Assembly: GCA_036172245.1 (NCBI GenBank)
Contig: JAYWIR010000007.1
Span: 620,001-684,000, forward strand
Reading direction: 5' to 3'
Origin: Raillietiella orientalis
Lineage: Eukaryota
Length of the DNA stretch: 64,000 nucleotides
This document shows, piece after piece, positions 27,858 to 38,990 of this stretch (the stretch's first letter is position 1; the number at the start of each line of letters is the position of its first letter). The notes below the pieces were generated by a model that was not told the DNA's origin, searched no databases, and worked only from the letters and a program-made list of their open reading frames with translations. The translations under genes were made by a program, and so were the position numbers.

Positions 27858-29388
27858 TTACTTGAGCATCAGCTTCAGTGATATGTCCTCATGCTTTCCA
27901 TTGTATAGATGGTAGCAACGACGAGTGTATGCAAACAGTAAATCAGTGGCCAGGAAAATGATCCCAACATTAAATGCCAGCGTAACTCCAAAGTAAAAGT
28001 TAGCATTGGCTGATCCACTGTATAACCAGAGGTGCCAGAAAGCAGGTGCTACAACACTGCTGGCAAGTAACAGGCAGCCAACAAGCAATGTTTGCCTTAA
28101 AACTGGTTTGCAATAAAAAATATTTGCAATAAAGAAATGTTATACATACATCTGACCAGGTGACGCCATGCTGGCAACAGACTTAATGCTAGGCCTACAT
28201 AAGCTATGCAGGGGTATGGTTGGAAGATGGCAATTAAAAATAAAAGTATATGTGACACAAAGAAAGGGTCTTGAGAGAAACGCACAGTTAGAGGAATGAT
28301 ATACAAAAAGGTATTCAGCTGAAAAACACAGATGAAGAAAAACCTGAAGTGCTGAAACACTTCTGCAAAGAAGTACCAGAATAACCCAATATTGGGTTTC
28401 AAATCAGGAACCAAAAACCTGTAAGCCACCAATACATCGAACAAACATCTAGGGACAATTACTTACATAAAACCATAAGTGGCATCTAGGAAATCCCAAT
28501 TGCCTTCTAATTTATATGAAATTAGAAACAAAGCTGCAAGGCAGAGCACAAAAACAGTACAGTATCCAAACATGTGCAACCACAGTGTTTTCCAATCATC
28601 TTTTTTAGTACTGGTTCTCTGTGCTAACTTGAGAGCTATAGGTATGAGAAGTAGCCCTGGATATGCTGTCTTGTATGTTGCCAATGCCAGGATGGCACAT
28701 GCTATATTACCCTTCCCTACACACAATCATAGACAAATACGTGTAAAAATATTTCTTACCCGAAACTACATTCCAAAATAGAAGAGAAATCAGGAAATTA
28801 TCGAAAACTGCTGTAGTCTTTCCCAGAGATGACATAATGATATAAGGATTCAGAAAATATGCCACCAACACATTTTGCCTCGCTATCTCAGCATCGCTTT
28901 TGTTGATCTTAAGAACTTCTGATTCTTTGGCATAATAACGGGATTCTTCCTCTTGCTCCTCAAACTGAACCCAAATGGTTTATACGAAAAAAAAACCGTG
29001 TCAGCCTGTTTCCCTACCATGAAGTTGACGTGATTACGAGCAATACATGATAAAAGATATCCTGTTAAAATATCAACCAGCATAAACAGATATGGAACTA
29101 TGAAATCTCTTCTTAATATGAATTTGTAAAAATACAAAAAAATGGGTGGCTCATGAAACAAGTCACCGGAATACGGTGATATTCCTTCCGATGATAAATG
29201 TGTGCCCTCGATTGCTGGGTATTAAATCAATACAGTCATTGCCTGGGAAACACGTGCCTACCTCTTGTCCATGAGTTTATTGGAGTCGAAATTTCAACTC
29301 GATTCTCGAAAATGGATTGCAATCCTAACTGTATGATCGCAAAGCGAAATGAAATCGCAATTGAGATTAACAAAAAAATTTTACCCAT
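27858..29388 (-). CDS. PIGU: GPI transamidase subunit PIG-U/GAB1 (exons ~29388-29262, 29214-29018, 28964-28760, 28716-28467, 28418-28150, 28102-27858)
   Basis: Motifs RVEISTPINSWTR, EGISPYSGDLFHEPP, DLKPNIGLFWYFFAEVFQHF and WHLWLYSGSANANFYF, with multiple hydrophobic segments and GT-AG introns of ~43-53 nt. An alternative ATG lies at 29397. Confidence 0.95.
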
Positions 29389-30859
29389 ATGCAACATCAA
29401 AAAAGATAGGCTACTGTCCGGCACTAAGAAATACCAAGTCTTTTTCCTGTTTTTTCCACTTCTCAAGCTGACTTCCCAACGAGATCAGTTTTGGTATATG
29501 AATGAGAGAGAATTCGACTTAATCTCATTCAGCTACTCCTACTTTAACTACTTCTTTATCGTTTATCATCTAGAAAATCTTAGTTGACATCCTTCAAGTG
29601 TTTTGTTGTTTGGAGTGCCTACTTACTGAACCATCTGTATCTTTCCTTATTAGAATAAGGATTTCGTGGCAGCAAACCTAATGCAGATTATCACCCTAAA
29701 AGTTAATGAGGACTCTGAAAATTGCGAAAATAGTTGGCATAGACAACATTGTGGTTGGGACTCACATGAGACAGTTTCTCGACACAAATGCTCGCTTCAT
29801 ATAGATAGCAACTTAAAAGCATAAGAACGTTTAAGTAAACGTTTTTCAAAGAAGAACGTTCCCTATTTAAGTAAATAATCTACTTTGCCCCGTGGTTCAT
29901 TCACATATTGAGTATTAATATCAAGTACAAAATGAATAAAAAGTTGTTTAATTAATTGTTATAGTTTATTAATTGATTGTCATAGTATATGTTTTCAGAG
30001 AATTCAATGTTCTTTCTTTTTCGTACTTAATTGACATGGAACAAGTACTTCTGTTTACTGTCAAATGTCATTCTTACTGTGACTTGCTTTATCTCTTCCT
30101 TAATCATGATTTGCAATTCCCAGAGTGCCTCTACTGTTGTATCAAGCCGATAATGATTGACAAACAGAAATGATTTCAGCAGACAAATTCAGAGTGCATT
30201 TTCAATTTTCAATTGTTGCATCTTTTAATTAGTACGGATTCTTCTGATGTAATTATTCTATCGCGACCTTAGATTTGGTTGTAGACAATTCTTCTATGTG
30301 CAATAAGACTGGAAGGGAAGATTCCTAACTTCTTTGGCCATTGTGAGTCACCATTAATGTGTTTTCTCTCAATGATTTCTTGGTACTTGCATATCAACAA
30401 GAAAAAGAACTGCCATGGATTTTCCACAGTGAAATAGAAATATGTATTTCTTTAGAAACAAAAGCAATATCTTTATTTCAGATTTCGTACAGCTGTGGAG
30501 ATAATTCCAAGCATATCGATCGCTTCTGCTTTCGATGCACTAAAGAAAACTAAACAGTTTTCAAATCAGGATTTTTCGTTTTACTACCTCAAATCAACTA
30601 AATTTTTAAATTCTTGCCTTAATTTACGAAAGACAAGAATCTAAAAATTCTTATATAGATACAGATCTTATCGAGAGTATGAAAAATGAATATATACGTT
30701 TTTATGTACAAATTTCTATGGACATGCATATTCACTAATGCTTTTAACCATGCGCATTATCAGTAGTGATATCATTTCAACGCATCTATGCAAATACATT
30801 GATACACATCTATGCTATTATTAATATGATTCAAAACAATGTTTATCTTACATATATTT

Positions 30860-31052
30860 ACGAAATAAACGCACACACTTACACTCACTCACACATACGT
30901 CAATCTTTATATCTATATGTGTATGTATGCTTATATGTGCATATTTATATCTATGTGCATATCTCTACGTATATCTAGATCTACATCTATATCCATCTAT
31001 CTACAACTAGATCTGCTTATCTACATCTATATCTATCTATCTGCATCTATCT
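30860..31052. repeat. Low-complexity TA/CA/TATC-like microsatellite region
   Basis: Degenerate ATAT, GTAT and ATCT repeats. Confidence 0.7.
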
Positions 31053-31514
31053 GGATCGGCCGTTTCCTGTAATATTGGATTTGTGGTGCTCGTGGATAAG
31101 TAAGAAGCCATGGATACGATTGGACGTCTGCATCGTTCAACCTGCAAAGGATGCGTAGGTAGGGGAAGGCTTCTTCCACGGATTCGCTCCTCTGCTCCTG
31201 GGGATTTGCGCGACTCCCCAGCACTTGCTTGTGATGATGGATGCTGCAGCAGGCGTGCCAACGTGGGAAAACGCAATGAGAGCGTTTGAGTTCTTCCACG
31301 TTCCACGCGTGCACTTGGGCAACACTGCGACTGCTTAGAGTTGGAGTGCCGCTATCGCATCCTTGGTCCTTATGATGAATGCGTTTCGATTGTGACTTGC
31401 CATGAACACTGGATCTCGGCATTCGTCTATTGGATTGGAATCTTCCGTACAGACTAGGCCGCAGGTTTCACATGTAGGTGTGCAAGGATGTCTCGAACGC
31501 TACCATCCAGCATT

Positions 31515-31527
31515 ATCACTAGTGTGT
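31515..31527. repeat. Left copy of the 13-bp target-site duplication ATCACTAGTGTGT
   Basis: Identical to 32569-32581. The pair brackets the whole U6+SINE unit. Confidence 0.9.
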
Positions 31528-31534
31528 GTGTGTG

Positions 31535-32508
31535 TTTTTAAGAGTTTTCTTTTTTTTGGTTCGCTAAGTACCTCAGAGCCGGTCGCGTGCCTCGCGGCGC
31601 GCGTGGCTCTTTTTAAACATTAACACACTGTTTTGTGTCCACGCCTGTCCGCGGCAACCCGCAGGGGGGGGCGTGTAATTCTTCAGTGTAATATTCTTCA
31701 GGATAGGGGGCACCCCGGGATGGGGTCCGCCCTATTGAATCCAGGAAGGACTCGGAGTCCGTTCCTCTCACGCGAGGGATCCCCCCCGCACGGGGGGGAG
31801 CGCACCTCCCACCCTGGTTGTCTCCGAAGGAGAACCCCGAAGGGAATCTCTCCTTCCTCATTCTCTCCGGAGGGACACCCCCCGCAATGGGGGGTGGTCC
31901 TCTCCATTTCAACTTCTCCGAAGGGAACCCGGAAAGGATCCGCTTGTAGGAATTTCTTCTCCGGAGGGAACTCGCAAGGGAACCGCTCCTTTATTCACTC
32001 CTCTGAAGACAACCCCCACAGGGGTGCTTCCGAAACTCAGAAGGGGCGCTGCAGCTTCCCTCAGGGAATCGCTCTCGCTTGCTTCTTTCCTTTGTACACA
32101 CTCTGTGAAGAGGCGACGACTCGGAGGGACCCCCCGCAACGGGGAGGGTCCGCTCCTTTGAACAACTAGAGAGGTGCCCGTGAGGGCTCCTGCTCCATCT
32201 TGTAACCGGAGGCGGTCCCCCGGTGACGGGGGGTCCACTCTCCTTTGCACACAGGAGGGGGAGCTCCCCACTCCTTTTATTCCTGGGAGGACCCGAAGGT
32301 CGACTCCCATTGTTCCGGCCTTCATCGGGAGGCCGCCGGCTTTATCCACCGCCGGGGCCAAGCCCGAATGTCTCGGCCAACCAGCGCCGTTGCAGGAGAA
32401 ACTCGGAACCCAAACGACGCAATGGCGTCAGAGTTTCTGCCGGAGTATTCGAACCCGCGACGCATGGTGCCAGGCGGAAGCCTTAACCACAAAGCCTCCG
32501 ACGAGGGC
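31535..32508 (-). mobile_element. Full-length tRNA-headed SINE-like element, subfamily A (copy 1), with hairpin-array body and A-rich tail
   Basis: The minus strand has A-box-like GTGGTTAAGG and B-box GGGTTCGAATAC, no TTTT run over ~950 nt, a 3' stem-loop AGAGCC...GCC-GCGA-GGC...GGCTCT, then AAAAAAAAGAAAACTCTTAAAAA. A near-identical second copy lies at 40946-41929. Confidence 0.9.
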
Positions 32509-32512
32509 TTAT

Positions 32513-32571
32513 AAAAATGTGGAACGCTTCACGATTTTGCGTGTCATCCTTGCGCAGGGGCCATGCTAATC
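32513..32571 (-). ncRNA. U6: 5'-truncated U6 snRNA retrocopy (3' 59 nt), fused to the SINE 5' end
   Basis: The minus strand reads GATTAGCATGGCCCCTGCGCAAGGATGACACGCAAAATCGTGAAGCGTTCCACATTTTT. This is the U6 internal stem-loop and 3' end including the oligo-U. The 5' stem-loop and ACAGAGA box are absent, so it is not a functional gene. Confidence 0.97.
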
Positions 32572-32581
32572 ACTAGTGTGT
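32569..32581. repeat. Right copy of the 13-bp target-site duplication ATCACTAGTGTGT
   Basis: Identical to 31515-31527. Its first 3 nt (ATC) are shared with the U6 truncation point (microhomology). Confidence 0.9.
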
Positions 32582-35500
32582 TCGGGAATCCTATGGCGCC
32601 CGTGCGGTGAGCACCGGTAGTCACACCCGCATTCTCGTGCGCGTGTATCCTAAGCAGGAGTGAGTCGTCATCGGTTCTGCTCATTTCTCCATCTCGTGCA
32701 AAAAGGAGAATGCAGAGGCTGTTCCAGGATGTTGAGACTGCCTTCGCTCCGGGTCGAGCTGGCTCGCTTGATCTCGGTTTTCTGCAGGTTTCCGAGCCAC
32801 GTTCTTTCATGTACACGCTCAGTGTTGTTCGTCCTTCAGCGACAAAGTGATGGCCGTTATACGAATGCGGTCCTGTGCATCCGACAGCTATCGGGTCAGG
32901 CAGCATCTTGATCCACACATCACGGGTACGATCACTTGAGTGAAAACCTCGCAGCGGAGACAGAAGGTGCTAGAAGAAAAGCAGCACTTTTAGCAGTCTA
33001 CGGTCAAGACAAAGCATCAGAAAAAGTTTCTGCAACGGAAAACTGTTCTCCTGCGCATTTTTGCGCCTGGTACCATTAGAAAGGCCGTGTTTCATTTTCA
33101 CCTCGTGCCCGGGATTCTAGAAAGACATGTGACCATTGGACAATATCGTAAAGCAACGTTTCTTGGAGCTTCCAGCCTGGATGTCTGCACTAGCCAAAGC
33201 ACCTGAGGACAGCTTCTTTCGATGTTTGCTGTTCGTGTGGCGCGTGAGAGCTAAAGGAGGAGCACCGGTGAGCCAAGCTGACCACTTCCGAACTTCCGAA
33301 TACCTTACTCTGGCTTCTGTCCAGGTGGCGCACCGTTGCGCACGGGTGGTGTTCTGAAGGTCTCGAATCCATACGCAAAGCGGCACAAGAAATTTCTGGG
33401 TTGCGTTCTTGGGGATGTCATGGATCGAGGTAGGGAGAAAAACAGAGGGAACCGTCGGGACATACCGTGTCAACGACTTGGAAGCACGAGACCAATTCTT
33501 ACCCTAAGTTTCAAGGGATGCTGGCCTGAGGTGAGTCGAACGGTTGTCAGCGGTCTACACGTACGCCCCTGAATGCAATAAGACGGGGAGCGGTTTTCTT
33601 CCGAAGCACGCTTCTTGACGAGTGCAGCACCTCCAGCAAGGCCACGTCCGCTCATAGGAATGGGGGGCGTCTTGCAGTTACAAAGTGTGGAAACCTTCAG
33701 GAGAAGCTGTCCTTCCAGGCTATTCGTCTACAGAGAGGAAAAGTGGCTTTCCTTACTCCCCGACCTCCTTGCGAGGTTTTCATGGTTTCCCTGAAAGAAA
33801 AAAAAAAAGAAACCTTTGTCTTTCAGGCTACGTCCTCTCGATTTCTTGTGGATAGACTGAGCGGCGATAAGCAAGGATGAACGTTTCATCCGATCTTTCC
33901 TCCTATCATGGTTTCAGCGAGAGCTCACCAGGTGCGATGTCCGCTTCGCACGGGACGACTCCGGAGGCAGCGGAGTCGTTCGCCAATGGGTTCCCTGGCA
34001 AGCGAGGCTTCTGGGAAAAGTAACAGCGGCTGGAAGTACGACTTCCCGAGCCCTGGGCTACGTTTCCCACCTCGGAGGCTTCTTCGTGCGTGTGGCGGCG
34101 ACGAGAAACCCAGCTCGTCAGCAAAGGAGGTAAGCCCGAAAGCGATCGCGGATTGGTGGGCGCAGGTGGAAGTGGAAGTGACGGCGTCTTCAGAAAGGTG
34201 GCAGCCGGAAGAACTGGTGCCGCCCTTAGATGCGTGGCCGCCTCAGGGAGTGGCAATTCCTCTGGATGCTTGGCGTTCGCATGAGATGCGTGAGCCTCCA
34301 GAAGCGTGACGGCTGCAGGAAGTGGAGGCGGACCAGAATCCCTGAACCGTGTGCTCTACTCCAGTTTGAGCCGTTCTGCCATTCCTGGATCCCTGTTGCC
34401 GTCACTGTGGGCATCTGTGTCTGGACCCCAAGTGGGTGTGGACACAGGAGACGGCATGTGTCCCTGAGCCGAATCGGAGCCTGGTGCGCGACCTTGGCCG
34501 TCTGGACGACGTTCCACTGGCGGCGGGCGCACCGCTGCAAGATCTTTTGCCTACCGAACAGGACCTGTGCGGCGGCGGCGGAGACCGCAGCCCTTCGGCT
34601 GCAGGACGGCGGCCCACAGCAACTACGGCTCGTCCGTCAGCCTGGACGACTGCAGCAGCGATGGCGGCGGCTCTGTTGGTCCTTACAGAACGCTTCCCCC
34701 CCGAATGACCGTCGCCAAGAGGACGCTCGGAAGCTTCCTCCGGAGGCTGGTGCTATGCTGCCTCGCTCCTCGGCCTCGCGGACAGGACGCTGTTGCCAAG
34801 GAACAAAGGGCCCGCCTCTCGGTTTGCGCAGTGAAGTTTGGGCTGGGAAGTAAACACAGGTTTTGGATTTAGGTTCATCTTTTGTGTACTTCTGCGCATT
34901 TTCATATAGGTTTGTTTGCCAGTCATGGATCTTCGTTGAGTGGACCAAGTGTTTGTATTAAGTGGGCAGTCATTAAACATCTTTGGGTGCCTGGAATAAT
35001 ATTAGGTGTTCCGTGTTAGGTAGTATGTTAAGTCTTTCAGGAAAAAATTTGCTGAATTTTGAGTATTTCCATTGCCAACTCTTCCCATTTGGTTTCATAA
35101 CTCCTTTGATCCTAGTTCTTACTGTTTAATTGAAATCTTCAGTCTTAGTGAAATATATGTATGCTGACTCACATTGCACTTGGGAAAAACTGCTTGAATA
35201 TCTTGAATTAGGGTCGACGCTTTGTTGCAGACAAAAAATAGGGTATCGGGGTGTTTGTATCAAGTTGGACCGTGTATTTCAATGCTGGAAAAAAATTGGA
35301 ACGTACCGTTCACTTTTCTTAGTTTGCCCAGGTGAAGTCAGTCCAGTGTAGCATGCAGATGTGGAATCAGGTACTTATGTAATTTAGCGAAGAGGGCGGC
35401 TGGGTAATTTCCCCTTTCTCTTCGTCAGTAATGTAGATGATTACTTGAAACTATTTTCATACTGGTTCCAGACGGCTAAAATGGTCAATCACAATCACAT

Positions 35501-35679
35501 CAGTTTCATCTGATTTTATTCAGTTGGTCTATTTCAATACCATTCAATTTTCGTGTTCCGTGTTTCTGAAAGCATTGGTTTATGCAGCGAGTTGCACATT
35601 TGGGCATGTTTTTTCACTGTTCACAATGGAAGGTTTATCAGATTATGAGTTTCCCCGAGTCCCACAAGGGGTGGAATAA

Positions 35680-38600
35680 ATTTATTCTCATTCGCACTAC
35701 AGTTCATTCATTCTATCCACTTCTCACTGTCACTTATGTTCTCTTTGAAGTGCACTAACTAGGAGTCACAAACACTGGGGTTCTTCATTAGGGTGGGCTG
35801 GGCGTTAATGGAGCTTGGGCATTATCTTCGATCCTTTTCAGGATGTACCAATAAGTCCAGGACGGCACTCTGCCACAGTTCCTGCCGATCTCTTTCTGAA
35901 TAACCCCTTTCAGGATTTCCAGGGGAGATGCGGCCGTTCTGGCGTTCCTCATCTTCCACCACCTTATGAGGATGGCGAGGATGAAAAGGGCAACGGTCAT
36001 ACGGTCATCCTAACCATTGGGTTATAACAGGGGACGTTTCCACTTCTTTGGAACATTATGGCTAGGACTTCCGTTGGCGAGTAATTCTGCAGCCCTATGA
36101 CCCTTTTCAGAGTCTGCCAGTCTTGATGGATTGTGGGGCAGGTCAAGACGTGAAGTTTGGTGCCCACATCCCCGCATGTTTTGCGGTCCTCATCTTGTCT
36201 TGCTCCTGTAAAATACTTCATTCTAGACCCGCTCAGAATTCTTCCATGATAAAAAATCAAGAGGTTTTCCTGGGTGTCCGACGGTAGGTCACTCCTCCAG
36301 ATCGTGGTTCCGATCGCCAGCAGGTTGACGGTGTCAGCCCCATGGAGACGGGCAGCTTCCTGGAGGGCACTGGTGTTCTTGTCTTATGATGCAGCATAGA
36401 GTTTTCTCGGTTGCCCTGGACTACGCGTAGTTGTTGTGGTTCTTCCGCACTTCGCGGGTCATGTGGGTGAACCTTCCCGTCATCATGTCGATGTATCTCA
36501 GTATCCGGGAGTGGTGGTGGAATCCACTCCGCTTCCACTGTTATATTCTCTGTAGAGTGACTCTATGCTGTTGGTAGATACAGCTCCAAGTGTCCCTAGG
36601 GACCGGGAGCATCCAGATCACCAAGGTGGTTTCTTCCTCCCAGAATTCCTTGTTTCAAGGCACGATCTTGATTTGGTGCTTTTGCACCAGTGCCTGCTTC
36701 CTCTTCCAGGTCGGGTCGATGGATAACCATTTCCCAGCTCGGCCTAGCAACGCAGTCATCAGGCCTCTCGAGTTCAGTAACAACGAGTAGGCCCTATGGG
36801 CGGCGTACGGTCAGTCATTCTAATCGGTCGTGGTGTCCAGGAGCTGTCGCGTGTCCATGGTGCCGACGGCGTGTCCTAGCGACTGCATCCCGATGCCTCC
36901 TTCTTCCTTGGGACAGCACAGGGGTTTCAGTCGGATCCTTATATGTACTCTAAAGAGTTTTCCGTTGCAGCTTTTCCACTTCTCGTCGGGTGTTCTTGTC
37001 CATTCTGCAGAAGGCCGCTCCAAAGAGAATCTTTCAAAGTAGGACACCATTTCAAGGATCGGCCTTCCTCTTCATGTTGAAGTCCACCCGAGTGTACTTC
37101 GCTGCTTCTTCAGCTGTTTTCCCCAGTATTTCCGTCCACAGCAGCTTCGACTCAGAGTCTTCGCCGATGTGGACTCCTAGGTATTTCGGCACGTCCCCCG
37201 TTTGGAATCCCTTCCCCGTGAGTGCGGAGGGATCCAGGATTCCAACGGTCAATAGTTGGCTTTTCTGGGCATTGTTGCCCTAATCCTTCTTCCATGTGCT
37301 CCGCCACATCTAGAAATGCTCGCTGATCCCTTTCCCCCTCGAGGAAGAAGAGTAGGTCGTCGGCACCAGATGGGTGAGACGCTGGTCGTCGATGTTAATC
37401 CCTCGCAGTTTTCCGCTTCGTTCAATGAACGAGGGAAGCGCCTCCATATAAATGACAAACAGCATCGGACTGAGAGCATCTCCCTGTCGGACTCCTCGCT
37501 TCATCCGTATGACTGCTGTATCCTCTCCGTTGATCTTGATCTTGAAGTGCTGTCGCTGGAGTACCATGCTCACGAAGTTGCTGAAGTATTCCGAGAGACC
37601 CAGTCTTCCTAGTATCTTCAGCAGCATCCCGTGATCGACTGTGTCGAAAGCCTTCTCCTCCATGTCTGTGAAGCCCAGTACCAAGTCGTCGCCGACGAGG
37701 CGGCAAAGTCCTATGGTAGCCTGGGCACACTTGACATTGTCTTGGCACCGCACACGTCTGGACCGGAGAGATCAGCTTCGGCATGGCCGCGCCTAAGCGG
37801 TTGGCCCAGATGTTCGCCAACCACTTGGCATCAGAGTTGAGGATTGAGTTTGGCCTCCATTGGGTGACCTTGGTTAGATCGTCTCCTTTCGGCAGCAATC
37901 TCATCCTGCACTCGTAGAAGGATGCGGGTAATCTTCCTTCTTCACGGATGTGGAGCGTCAGCTGGTGGAACAGGCGCAGGTAGGCATGCAGGTACCGCTG
38001 GTATTGCGTGACGGGCACGTTATCAGGGCTGCTGCCACGTCCTTGCGGAGTTCCAGGAAAGCAGCTTTCACTTCTACGGAGACGTCTTTTTCAAGCTTCC
38101 GTTTTTGGTAGCCAGTTATCCTTCTTTCCATGAACCGTAGGAACATTTCTTTTTTTGCCGGGCACGCTTGTCGCCGTCGGAAGTATTTCTTGTATTGCCG
38201 TTAGAATGCTTCCACGATTTCCTCCGACGTGTGCCGGCTGTGGCCGTCGTACTCGATGTAGAAGATGTCCGTCTCCAGATTCCTCTTCTCTAGCACGTTG
38301 ACTCCCCTTTGACGTTTCGGAAGACGTACCGACTCTCGTACTGATCCCAGTACTCTGAGAGGGAGCGATCTTGGATGTTCTGCTCACGGTACGCTTCCTG
38401 CCTCAGTCTCTTGTCCCATACAGCATGTTGCAGAACAGATGGACTCGGTGTTTCAAGCTATCCCAGTCGGCAACTCTGCGGATGGTGGTGGTCTGCAGAA
38501 TCGCCTCGATGACTTCTTGATGACAGGAAGCGTCTTGAATTAGGCGGGCATGCAAATGAGTGCCGCCCTGTTGTCCTTCTTCCGCCGAGGATTTTCGGTC

Positions 38601-38990
38601 TTCAAGGAAAAACGCACCAGTGGGTGATCGGACAGCAGGGTCTGCATGTTGCGAAACTCGTGGATGCAGTTCCCTATGTCGGAGCTGTAGTGGACTTGGT
38701 CAATCGGCTTGTGGCGAGCTGTCAGTCGCAGCAGCCCGAACTCGTCGGACAGCCGCCGATACGCCGTCCTTCCTCTGGAGTCCTGGAAGCGAGTGGTTTC
38801 GTTCATGATGTTCAGGTCGCCCATCACGATTACGATGTCTTTTAGTTTCACTTTCTGGAGCAGTGTTCCGTGTGGCGCCTCGGCACACCCATGCTTCAGT
38901 TGGTGAGTACACGTTCACCAGGAACAGGTGAACGTTGGCGGACCAGGACAATCGTATTCCGACGATCCTGCCAGGCATGGGACAGAAGGT
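35680..38990 (-). mobile_element. Decayed non-LTR retrotransposon ORF2 (APE endonuclease + RT), L1/Tx1-like, 5'-truncated
   Basis: APE motifs: GRIVGIRL..LFLVNVYSP, IVMGDLN, IDQVHY, LSDH.LV. RT motifs: LLPKGDDLTKVTQWRPNSILNSDAKW, ISPVQTCAVP, D.EKAFDTVDH, RGVRQGDALSPMLF, frameshifted xADDLL, KYLGV, EGGIG. A C-terminal Cys/His remnant (TCG...HVLTCP) and AATAAA near 35685 follow. There are many frameshifts and stops. Confidence 0.92.

Noticed and set aside
31560..32400. Hammerhead or HDV ribozyme (retrozyme), or deltavirus-like rod
   Set aside because: No CUGAUGA/GAAA core or HDV nested pseudoknot was recognised, and pairing is local hairpins rather than one long rod. An Infernal search would be needed to exclude this fully.
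32430..32508. Functional tRNA gene
   Set aside because: A/B-box-like motifs are present, but there is no convincing cloverleaf or acceptor stem and no terminator, so it is interpreted as a SINE head.
31613..32569. ORFs duplicated at 31.6-32.5 kb and 41.0-41.9 kb
   Set aside because: Their identity simply reflects two SINE copies. The frames are not preserved in subfamily B and show no protein motifs.
33908..34853. GC-rich ORF cluster
   Set aside because: No recognisable domain or consistent splice structure; possibly a repeat relic.
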